Positions 29,005 through 37,334 of a stretch of 64,000 nucleotides of DNA are shown in pieces. Below the pieces are notes generated by a model. That model searched no databases and had not been told where the DNA came from. It saw nothing but the letters and a program-made list of their open reading frames with translations. Within the stretch, counting starts at the first letter, position 1, and the number at the start of each line of letters is the position of its first letter. Origin of the DNA: Gammaproteobacteria bacterium. GTDB lineage: Bacteria; Pseudomonadota; Gammaproteobacteria; Tethybacterales; Persebacteraceae. A program made the translations under genes and the position numbers. Location of the stretch: positions 654,477-718,476 of the forward strand of contig OZ244916.1 of NCBI GenBank assembly GCA_965221835.1, read 5' to 3'.

Positions 29005-30414
29005 ATGCCCGCAAAAACTTCGGCGGCAAAAAAAACCGCCGCCAAAACCGCCGACAAACCGGCGAAATATAACAGCACGAGTTTGACCGCTTTTATGAGC
29101 GGATTGACTCGCCGCACGCCCGGCGAATCGGAGTTTCATCAGGCGGTACGCGAAGTCGCCGAAACGGTCGTGCCATACATTCGCCGACACGACAAAATGA
29201 CTCGCGCCATCATTATGGAACGAATGACGGAACCCGAACGGGTTTTTATGTTTCGCGTGTTGTGGGAGGACGACGACGGCAATGTCCGCCTAAATCGCGG
29301 CTATCGCGTTCAATTTAATAACGCATTGGGACCGTACAAAGGCGGTTTGCGGTTTCATCCGTCCGTCAATCTCGGCGTATTAAAATTTCTCGCATTTGAA
29401 CAAACTTTTAAGAACGCCCTCACCGGATTGCCGTTGGGTGCGGCAAAAGGCGGTTCCGATTTCAATCCGCGCGGAAAATCGGACGCCGAAATGCTCCGGT
29501 TCTGCAAATCTTTTATGCTGGAATTATTTCATCATATCGGTCCAGACATAGATGTGCCTGCCGGCGACATCGGTGTCGGCGAACGCGAAATCGGCTATCT
29601 TTTCGGGCAATACAAACGCATCACCGGCAAATTCGCTTCCGGCGTACTGACCGGCAAAGGATTGACTTTCGGCGGCAGTTTAATCCGCCGCGAAGCGACC
29701 GGTTACGGCACGGCATATTTCGCCGAAGAAATGCTGAACCGGCGCGGTGATTCGTTGCGGGGCAAAACTTGCACGGTATCCGGCAGCGGCAATGTCGCAC
29801 AGTTTTGCGCCCAAAAAATTATTCAACTCGGCGGCAAAGTAATGACAATGTCCGATTCCGACGGTTCCATAGAAGACCCGGACGGAATTGATGAAGAAAA
29901 ACTCGCGCACATTATGGAGTTGAAAACCGTCCAACGCGCACGCATTCGCGAATATACAAATCGCTATCGCCGTGCGCGTTATCACGCCGGAAAACGTCCG
30001 TGGGATGTCGCATCTTTCGCCGCTTTTCCGTGCGCAACGCAAAACGAAGTAGACGCCGCAGACGCCCGCCGTCTGTTGCGCAACAAATGTTTTCTGATGG
30101 CGGAAGGCGCGAATATGCCGACAACATTAGACGCCCTCGCCCTTTTGCGCGACAAAGTAATGATCGCCCCGGCGAAAGCGGCAAATGCGGGCGGAGTCGC
30201 CATTTCCGGTTTGGAAATGAGTCAGAACAGTTTGCGTTTGTCGTGGTCCGAAGAAGAAATGCAGACGCGTCTTCGCGACATTATGCGCCGCATTCATTCG
30301 CAATGCGTCCAACACGGCGGCAAACGCGGGCGCAAAGAAATTGATTATATCGCCGGTGCGAACATCGCCGGTTTTGTCCGTGTCGCGGAGGCGATGCTCG
30401 CGCACGGCGTTTAA
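29005..30414 (+). CDS. gdhA: NADP-specific glutamate dehydrogenase. With the ATG at 29005 it carries an Ala/Lys-rich N-terminal extension. An alternative start lies at 29095.
   Basis: The translation contains the GGLRFHPSVNLGVLKFL and GAAKGGSDFNP motifs. An RBS (aaagga) precedes 29005. Confidence 0.9.
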   Translation: MPAKTSAAKKTAAKTADKPAKYNSTSLTAFMSGLTRRTPGESEFHQAVREVAETVVPYIRRHDKMTRAIIMERMTEPERVFMFRVLWEDDDGNVRLNRGYRVQFNNALGPYKGGLRFHPSVNLGVLKFLAFEQTFKNALTGLPLGAAKGGSDFNPRGKSDAEMLRFCKSFMLELFHHIGPDIDVPAGDIGVGEREIGYLFGQYKRITGKFASGVLTGKGLTFGGSLIRREATGYGTAYFAEEMLNRRGDSLRGKTCTVSGSGNVAQFCAQKIIQLGGKVMTMSDSDGSIEDPDGIDEEKLAHIMELKTVQRARIREYTNRYRRARYHAGKRPWDVASFAAFPCATQNEVDAADARRLLRNKCFLMAEGANMPTTLDALALLRDKVMIAPAKAANAGGVAISGLEMSQNSLRLSWSEEEMQTRLRDIMRRIHSQCVQHGGKRGRKEIDYIAGANIAGFVRVAEAMLAHGV

Positions 30415-30495
30415 TATCGCGATGCGTTATCTCTTCATTTCCGGCGATTCCGAAAATTTTTCGGCGCATTTTATGGCGCGCAATCTTGCCGCATT

Positions 30496-31548
30496 TTGGC
30501 GGGATGCGCTTTCCGGTCGTCTGCAAAATTGAACGCAAAACGGCGGCTGGCGTGGTTTGTCGTATTGCTGGCGGTGTGCGCCGCCGGTTATGGCGGCTGG
30601 CGACATTATCAAAGCGCGCTTTTTGAGGCGATGCTTGCCCGTCCGCTGGCGGCGCAAATGACAATTGAAATTCCGTCCGGCGCATCTTTGCGCGACATTG
30701 CCGCCGCCGCATCGCAATCGGGTGCGCCGTTGTCGGCTACCGAATTTATTCTCGCGGCGCGGCGGATGAATGTTGCCGCTAAATTGCAGGCGGGATATTA
30801 CGAGTTTATGGCGGGCGAATCGGCGCGCGATATTTTGCTGGCATTCGCCGCCGGAAAAGTCGCTCCGGCGTTGCGATTTACTATCGTGGAAGGAATCACT
30901 TACCGCGATTTGCGCGAAAACTTGCGCGCCGATTCGCGTTTGATGCAAAAACTTCCGCAAATGAATGAAGAAGAAATCCGGCGCGAAATGGAAAGCGAAA
31001 ACGGTCTGGAAGGCGTTTTTTTGCCGGAAACTTATTTTTTCAATCGCGGCGATTCCGATTTGGATATTTTGCGGCGGGCGCGGCGCGAAATGCAAAAAAC
31101 ATTGCAACCGCTATGGGAAAAACGACAAGACGGCGGATTATTTAATAACCGTTACGAAGCGTTAGCACTCGCATCCATCGTAGAAAAAGAAACCGGCGCG
31201 GCGGAAGAACGTCCGTTAATCGCATCAGTTTTTGCAAACCGTTTGCGGCGGGGAATACCGCTGCAAGCCGACCCGACTGTGATTTACGGACTCGGCGAAA
31301 CATTTGACGGCAACTTAACACGCGCGCATTTGCGCGACAAAAAAAATCCCTACAACACTTACGCGCGGCGCGGCATAACGCCGACTCCCATCGCGTTGCC
31401 GGGAAAAGATGCAATCGCTGCCGTTTTGAATCCGCCGGAAACGGATTATTATTATTTTGTCGCAAGCGGCGGCGGGCGACATGTTTTTTCTAAAACTTTG
31501 CGCGAACATAACAACGCAGTCAACAAATATCAGCGGCGGCGAAAATAA
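30496..31548 (+). CDS. mltG: Endolytic murein transglycosylase (YceG family).
   Basis: The translation has an N-terminal transmembrane segment and a YceG-like domain. It is followed by tmk-holB-tatD, as in the conserved cluster. Confidence 0.85.
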   Translation: MAGCAFRSSAKLNAKRRLAWFVVLLAVCAAGYGGWRHYQSALFEAMLARPLAAQMTIEIPSGASLRDIAAAASQSGAPLSATEFILAARRMNVAAKLQAGYYEFMAGESARDILLAFAAGKVAPALRFTIVEGITYRDLRENLRADSRLMQKLPQMNEEEIRREMESENGLEGVFLPETYFFNRGDSDLDILRRARREMQKTLQPLWEKRQDGGLFNNRYEALALASIVEKETGAAEERPLIASVFANRLRRGIPLQADPTVIYGLGETFDGNLTRAHLRDKKNPYNTYARRGITPTPIALPGKDAIAAVLNPPETDYYYFVASGGGRHVFSKTLREHNNAVNKYQRRRK

Positions 31549-32186
31549 TGCGCGGCGTTTTTGTCAGTTTTGAAGGAATGGACGGCGCCGGAAAATCCAC
31601 GCAACTTAAAATGTTGGCGGCGCGTTTGCGCGAACGCGGCGTAAAAGTTTTAGAAACGCGCGAACCCGGCGGCGATGCAACTGCCGAAAAACTCAGACAA
31701 ATTGTGTTGGACGCCGAAGGCGGTTTGGACGGCGCAACCGAAACTTTATTGATGGCGGCAGCGCGATGCGAACATGTCATTCGCCGAATCCGCCCCGCTT
31801 TGTCGGACGGCGAATGGGTGTTGTGCGATCGGTTCAGCGATTCGACTTTCGCCTATCAGGGCGGCGGGCGCGGCGTTTGTCGCGAATGGATTCGGGAAGT
31901 TTTGCGCGAAGCAGAAAAAAATATCGCACCCGACATTACATTTTATTTGCAAGCAAGCGCGCGTTCGGCGGGGCAACCTTTGTTGGCGGCGGGCGATAGT
32001 TTTGAAAATCAAAATGGCGATTTTTATTGCGCCGTAGAATCGGAATACAAAAAATTGAAAAAACAAAATCCGAAACGCATCTCTGAGATTCGCGCTTTTG
32101 TCGGCAACGCACGGCGCGAACGAAAAGAAATCGCCGAAGAAATTTACGCCGCTGTTCTAAAACAATTTTCGCACAAACTGCCATGA
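31548..32186 (+). CDS. tmk: Thymidylate kinase.
   Basis: The translation begins MRGVFVSFEGMDGAGKSTQ. Confidence 0.9.
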   Translation: MRGVFVSFEGMDGAGKSTQLKMLAARLRERGVKVLETREPGGDATAEKLRQIVLDAEGGLDGATETLLMAAARCEHVIRRIRPALSDGEWVLCDRFSDSTFAYQGGGRGVCREWIREVLREAEKNIAPDITFYLQASARSAGQPLLAAGDSFENQNGDFYCAVESEYKKLKKQNPKRISEIRAFVGNARRERKEIAEEIYAAVLKQFSHKLP

Positions 32187-33109
32187 TTTATCCGTGGCAC
32201 CGACAAACATTAAAAGAAACCGCGTTGGTACCGGCGACTCTGTTGCTCGGCGAAGAAGGCGACGGGCGCGATACATTGGCGTTGGCGTTGGCGGCGTCTT
32301 TTGCGGGCGCAGAAGAAAACGCAAATATCAATTCGCTCATCGGCAATTTAACTGCAATCAAAAAAAGCGAATCGTCCGCGAAAGAATGGTTTTTGGATAA
32401 AAATACCGACATTATGGCGGTGCGTCCGGATCAGGAAATTATTCCCGTAGATGCCGTGCGGCGGGTGATTGAGTTTTGCGCGTTGACGCCGATTGCGCTC
32501 GCCCGCCGTGCGGTCGCGATTTTGCGCGCCGAGTGTTTGAACGCCGCCGCCGCAAACGCCTTATTAAAAACTTTGGAAGAACCTGCCGAAGATAAAATTT
32601 TAATTCTTTCGGCGCGTTCGTCTTCTTTATTGCCGCCGACAATTACGAGTCGCTGTCGCATTGTTATCGCGCCCCGCCCCGCCGCCGAAGATGCACGCGA
32701 ATGGGTGATGCAACACGGCGGCACAGATTCCACTCTCGCATTTTGCGGCGGCGCACCGATTGCCGCAGCGACAACGGACGAAAACAAAATCGGGGAAGCC
32801 GCGGCACATTTTGCGGCAGGCAAAAACATCAACATTCACGCCGCGGCGCAAACAATGGCAAACTTTGACGGCTGGCTGGATTGTTTGCAAAAATGGATAG
32901 CAGATGGTGCGCGGGCGGCGGCGGGACTTTCGTGCCGCTATTTTCCGGGCGTTGAAAAACGGCAAATCGCATTGTGCGACAATCCGTTGCGATGGCTGGA
33001 TGCGTACGCCGCCCTAATTAAAAAACGTCGCCTCGTCAATCATCCGCTGGCGGCGGATTTATTTATCAAAGAGATTTTATATGATTTCCGAAAAATGTTT
33101 TTGGATTGA
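32183..33109 (+). CDS. holB: DNA polymerase III delta-prime subunit.
   Basis: The position in the tmk-holB-tatD cluster and the AAA-like N-terminus support the call. It is 308 aa. Confidence 0.75.
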   Translation: MIYPWHRQTLKETALVPATLLLGEEGDGRDTLALALAASFAGAEENANINSLIGNLTAIKKSESSAKEWFLDKNTDIMAVRPDQEIIPVDAVRRVIEFCALTPIALARRAVAILRAECLNAAAANALLKTLEEPAEDKILILSARSSSLLPPTITSRCRIVIAPRPAAEDAREWVMQHGGTDSTLAFCGGAPIAAATTDENKIGEAAAHFAAGKNINIHAAAQTMANFDGWLDCLQKWIADGARAAAGLSCRYFPGVEKRQIALCDNPLRWLDAYAALIKKRRLVNHPLAADLFIKEILYDFRKMFLD

Positions 33110-33875
33110 TTCGCATTGTCATCCGCATTTTCCGCAAACCGGCGGCGACATCTCCGCGGTGCGAAATGCCATGCGCGAAAACGGAGTCGCGTCTGCGTTG
33201 GCGGTGGCGACCGGCGGAAAAGAATGGGAAACAGTGCGCGAACTGGCGCGCGATTATCCGGGCGTATTTTACGCCGCTTGCGGCGTTCATCCGCTCGCCG
33301 ATGCAGATGAAAAAGATGATGAAAAAAGTTTAACCGCCGCATGCGAAGACAAAACGGTGTTGGCGGTCGGCGAAACCGGTTTGGATTTTTTTCGCGGTGC
33401 AGAAAGCGAAACAATGCAACGGCGGCGATTCGCGGCGCACATTGCAACGGCGCGCCGTTTGCAAAAACCGCTGATTATTCACACTCGCGATTCGCTGCCG
33501 CAAACTTTGGATATGTTGCGCGCCGAAAACGCGCGCGATTGCGGCGGCGTTTTGCATTGTTTTACCGGCGATGAAAAAGAAATGCGGGCGGCAGCAGACA
33601 TTAATTTTGTCGTCTCTTTTTCCGGCATTTTAACTTTTCGCAAATCGGATGAAATGCGTCGGGTCGCGGCGGCGGCGGCGGCGGACGGTTATATGATTGA
33701 AACCGATGCGCCGTATTTGTCGCCCGCACCGCATCGCGGAAAAATCAACACGCCCGGTTATGTGCGATTTGTCGGCGAAACAATTGCCGCCGCGCGCAAC
33801 ATTTCCGCCTCGCAAGCGGCGGCGGAAAGCGCGGCAACATTCCGGCGATTGTTCAAACCGGAAAACGCGCAATGA
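33081..33875 (+). CDS. tatD: TatD-family metal-dependent DNase/hydrolase (YcfH).
   Basis: The translation contains WIDSHCH and other TatD motifs. The start overlaps the holB end. Confidence 0.85.
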   Translation: MISEKCFWIDSHCHPHFPQTGGDISAVRNAMRENGVASALAVATGGKEWETVRELARDYPGVFYAACGVHPLADADEKDDEKSLTAACEDKTVLAVGETGLDFFRGAESETMQRRRFAAHIATARRLQKPLIIHTRDSLPQTLDMLRAENARDCGGVLHCFTGDEKEMRAAADINFVVSFSGILTFRKSDEMRRVAAAAAADGYMIETDAPYLSPAPHRGKINTPGYVRFVGETIAAARNISASQAAAESAATFRRLFKPENAQ

Positions 33876-34747
33876 TGCGGCGCGGAGTTTTATTGGCGGG
33901 CGGCGCAAACACGCGATTGTATCCGGCGACATTGGCAACGGCGAAATCGCTACTACCGATATACGACAAGCCGCTGATTTATTATCCGCTTGCGTCATTG
34001 ATGGATGCGGGGGTGCGCGAAGTTTTGATTATCGCCGCGCCTGCGCATCTCGAATCGCACCGCCGCCTTTTCGCGGACGGCGCAAAATGGGGAATGCATT
34101 TTTCATATTTGCCGCAAGAAAAACCGCGCGGAATCGCGGACGCATTTATACTCGGCGCGGATTTTATCGGCGGCGAATCGTCCGCGCTGGCGTTGGCGGA
34201 CAATATCCATTGCGGCAACGGCATGCGAAAAATGTTGCGACAAGCGGCGGCGCAAACAGATGGCGCAACGGTGTTCGTCCGGTGCGTAAAAGATCCGGAA
34301 CGATTCGGCATTGCAGAATTCGGCGAAGACGGACGGGTGTCGGGTTTGGAAGAAAAACCGGAAAATCCCAAATCGCCTTTTGCCATCACCGGAATATATT
34401 TTTACGATTCGCAAGTTTGCGATATTGCGGCGAATTTGTCGCCGTCTGCGCGCGGCGAGTTGGAAATTACCGATGTCAATCGCGAATATTTGCGGCGCGG
34501 CGAATTGCGGGCGGAAAAAATGCCCCGCACCGCCGCATGGTTTGACGCCGGCACGCCCGACAGTTTAACGGAATCGGCGAATTTCATTCGCAAAACGCAA
34601 ATGCGTAAACAAAACATTATCGCCGCTCCCGAAACAATCGCTTTCCGAAATAAATGGATTACGCGCGAAGAACTCCGCCGCCTCGCCGCCGCCCTCGGCA
34701 AAACCGAATACGCCGCCGCCTTACAAAAAATCGCCGAAAACGAATAA
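33872..34747 (+). CDS. rmlA: Glucose-1-phosphate thymidylyltransferase.
   Basis: The translation contains GGANTRLYPATLATAKSLLPIYDKPLIYYPL, the RmlA signature. Confidence 0.9.
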   Translation: MMRRGVLLAGGANTRLYPATLATAKSLLPIYDKPLIYYPLASLMDAGVREVLIIAAPAHLESHRRLFADGAKWGMHFSYLPQEKPRGIADAFILGADFIGGESSALALADNIHCGNGMRKMLRQAAAQTDGATVFVRCVKDPERFGIAEFGEDGRVSGLEEKPENPKSPFAITGIYFYDSQVCDIAANLSPSARGELEITDVNREYLRRGELRAEKMPRTAAWFDAGTPDSLTESANFIRKTQMRKQNIIAAPETIAFRNKWITREELRRLAAALGKTEYAAALQKIAENE

Positions 34748-34793
34748 AACTTTCACCCGCCCCTTTTCCATTCCCGCGAAAATTGGGCGAGAA

Positions 34794-34930
34794 GATAAAT
34801 TTTTTTTTCGAACATTTTCGGATAAATTAAATTTGCACCATTTCCGCAACTCGTTTTTTATAGATAAATTTTTTTCGGACATTTTCGGATAAAATTAAAT
34901 TTGCACCATTTCCGCAACTCGTTTTTTATT
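34794..34930. repeat. Direct tandem duplication of a 68-bp unit. The two copies carry T9 and T7 homopolymer tracts.
   Basis: Two near-identical units read gataaat(T7-9)cg(a/g)acattttcggataaa(a)ttaaatttgcaccatttccgcaactcgtttttta. They are followed by a TATAAT box at about 34947. Confidence 0.8.
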
Positions 34931-34957
34931 CGCGGCGAAATTTATTATAATAGCGAA

Positions 34958-35135
34958 ACCACATCACGCGAGATCTTTCCGACTCTGTCGGGTGGCTCGT
35001 GAATACAATACCCGATAACGGAGGGAATAATTAACCCGCCGGGGGAATAAACGGGGACATTCAGGAAGGTCTGCGTGTGATGTGGTAATCCTCCCGACTT
35101 TTTGGGGGACTTTGTCATTACCGCAAAGGACTACT
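34958..35135 (+). promoter_or_regulatory. Long structured 5' leader of the second MTase-HNH gene. A long-range stem (ACCACATCAC at 34958-34967, GTGATGTGGT at 35067-35076) encloses about 100 nt. The leader shows partial sequence similarity to the leader of copy 1.
   Basis: A 10-bp perfect long-range inverted repeat is present, with internal hairpins (CCGACTCTGTCGG). The motifs CCGACTC and TAACGG.GGG.ATAATT also occur in the leader of copy 1, which spans 26757-26600 on the minus strand. Confidence 0.4.
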
Positions 35136-36461
35136 GTGAACCAAGCGCAAATAGAGAACCGGACTCTGTTTACCGGCGACAATTTGGAAGTGATGCGCGC
35201 CGTCAATTCCGAGACGGTGGATTTGATTTATCTGGATCCGCCGTTTAACAAAAAATTCGTTTTTCCGATTGGAAAAGGCGATTCCGCCGAATTCGGATTT
35301 AAAGATATTTGGGGATGGGATAGCGCACCGGATGAAGGCAATCCGTATTTGCCGTACGCGGAGTTGGCGGCGTTTGACGAACTTGTGGCGGCGGAAGCGG
35401 ACGGCAATCCGTTAATAGACCGCAAGATGGCGAAAAACACCGTCCGCTTTTTGGAAACGATGGGACAAATCGCCGGCGAAGCGGAAATGGCGTATTTGTC
35501 GTTTATGGCGGCGCGTTTAATTGAAATGTGGCGGTTGCTGAAACCGACCGGCAGCATTTATTTGCACTGCGACCAAACAATGTCGCACTCGCTTAAACTT
35601 TTGATGGATATTGTTTTCGGTGAAAATAATTTCCGCAACGAAGTTATTTGGTGTTATGTCGGTGGCGGAAACGCAAAAAACGCTTTTAACAAAAAACATG
35701 ACACGGTCTTTTTTTACACGAAACAAAAAAATCGTTCGTTTTTTAATTGGAAAGATGTTGCTATGCCATATAATAATATTCCGCTTACGGCGCAATGGCG
35801 CAAAGGGTTTACAAACAGACAAGAAGCGGAAAAACGCGCCTTGGCAAAATATAAAGATGGCAAAGCGCGATATGATTGGTGGACGGATATTCCATCTTAT
35901 GGAACGGCTACGCGGAATCCCGAAAGAACCGGCTACCCGACTCAAAAACCGGTTTTGCTTTTGGAAAGAATCATAAAAGCGTCCAGCAACGAAGGCGATT
36001 TTGTTCTTGACCCGTTTTGCGGATGCGCGACAACTTGCGTTGCCGCCGAAAGATTAAACCGCCATTGGTGCGGAATTGATGTTGCCGAAAAAGCGGCGCA
36101 ACTCGTTCGCGCCCGCCTTCTTGCCGAAACAAAACAAGGCAAACTCGGCGACAAAGTACCGCAAGTGCATCACCGCGATTTCGGCAAAGGCGATTTTCCG
36201 ATGCGCACCGATTTGGGCGATTCGCGCAGTAAAAATATCCGCATAGTTTTGTTTGGAAATCAGGAAGGCAAATGCAATCTTTGTAAACGCCGTTTTGATT
36301 TGCGCGATTTTGAGGACGATCATATTATTCCGCGCAAAAAAGGCGGACCGGATGTTGACCGCAATTTGCAATTGCTTTGCAGTTCGTGCAACCGAATTAA
36401 ATCCACGCGCACAATGGAACAAGCCCGCAAACGACTGCGCGAATTGGGATACGCCGCTTAA
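35136..36461 (+). CDS. DNA methyltransferase (DPPF, beta-class) fused to a C-terminal HNH nuclease. This is copy 2, with a GTG start.
   Basis: It is about 70% identical at the protein level to the 25274-26599 product. The N-terminal 200 aa are near-identical, and the DNA is about 85-90% identical there. HNH motif: CNLCKRRFDLRDFEDDHIIPRKKGGPDVDRNLQLLCSSCN. An RBS (aaagga) lies 5 nt before the GTG. Confidence 0.8.
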   Translation: MNQAQIENRTLFTGDNLEVMRAVNSETVDLIYLDPPFNKKFVFPIGKGDSAEFGFKDIWGWDSAPDEGNPYLPYAELAAFDELVAAEADGNPLIDRKMAKNTVRFLETMGQIAGEAEMAYLSFMAARLIEMWRLLKPTGSIYLHCDQTMSHSLKLLMDIVFGENNFRNEVIWCYVGGGNAKNAFNKKHDTVFFYTKQKNRSFFNWKDVAMPYNNIPLTAQWRKGFTNRQEAEKRALAKYKDGKARYDWWTDIPSYGTATRNPERTGYPTQKPVLLLERIIKASSNEGDFVLDPFCGCATTCVAAERLNRHWCGIDVAEKAAQLVRARLLAETKQGKLGDKVPQVHHRDFGKGDFPMRTDLGDSRSKNIRIVLFGNQEGKCNLCKRRFDLRDFEDDHIIPRKKGGPDVDRNLQLLCSSCNRIKSTRTMEQARKRLRELGYAA

Positions 36462-36500
36462 AACGGAATCGGATTTACGCGGCGGGAAATTCCGATTTTT
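36462..36500 (+). terminator. Intrinsic terminator: GGAATCGG ... CCGATTCC hairpin followed by T5.
   Basis: A hairpin and a T-run lie immediately after the stop of the MTase-HNH copy 2. This is a convergent gene end. Confidence 0.55.
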
Positions 36501-36503
36501 CCA

Positions 36504-37319
36504 TTAGTTTTCGTGGCGGGATTTTAGGGTTTCTTCCAAACTTTTTAGGCGGGCGGAAATGTCGGCGAGTTGTTCGTCGGTTGTCGGCGAATCGTCTTCC
36601 TCTTTCATCATTCGTTCGTGCGCTTCCTGCATTACATTAATCACCACGCCGATCATCATATTGAGAAAAACAAACGCAGAAAGAAAAATAAAACTGATAT
36701 AAAAAATCCAACTCAACGGATATTCCACCATCGTCTCATACATCACATCCGTCCAATCTTCCAAAGTTGCAACGCGAAAAAGTGTGAGCATCGCTACGCC
36801 CACATCGCCCCACAATTCGGGATTGACCGGCGCAAAAAATAAGTTGCCCGCCGCAGCGTAAATATAAAAAATAATGAACATCATCAGCGCGATATACGAC
36901 ATTCGCGGCAAAGATGCCAGCAACGATTCCACCATTAAGCGCAGTTGCGGGACGAAAAAAATCAAACGCATCACGCGAAACAAGCGCAAAAGTCGCGCCA
37001 AAAGCGCGTATTCGCTTTCGTCTACCGGAATGAGAGAAGCGACGACGACAATGAAATCAAATATATTCCAGCCGCGCCGCCAAAAATTCCGCCAGCCGTC
37101 CGCCAGATAACGCACCGAAATTTCGGCGACAAAATATAAAGTCACCAAAAAATCCAACGCCTGCAACGCCACTTGCGCGGTTTCGGGAATGTCGTAAGTT
37201 TTTGCGCCGACCGCGAACGCCGACAACAAAATAACCGCCACCGTAAACCATTCAAATAAAGTATTGTGCCGCAACGCGCGCAGCGCATCCCGCCATTGCA
37301 CAAATTTATTTTGCGGCAT
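36504..37319 (-). CDS. Voltage-gated ion channel (NaChBac-like, single 6TM domain).
   Basis: An S4 segment with Arg at every third position (LLRLFRVMRLIFFV) and a pore motif (TLEDWTD) are present. It is 271 aa. Confidence 0.7.
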   Translation of the reverse strand: MPQNKFVQWRDALRALRHNTLFEWFTVAVILLSAFAVGAKTYDIPETAQVALQALDFLVTLYFVAEISVRYLADGWRNFWRRGWNIFDFIVVVASLIPVDESEYALLARLLRLFRVMRLIFFVPQLRLMVESLLASLPRMSYIALMMFIIFYIYAAAGNLFFAPVNPELWGDVGVAMLTLFRVATLEDWTDVMYETMVEYPLSWIFYISFIFLSAFVFLNMMIGVVINVMQEAHERMMKEEDDSPTTDEQLADISARLKSLEETLKSRHEN

Positions 37320-37334
37320 TGTCCGACAAAAAAA

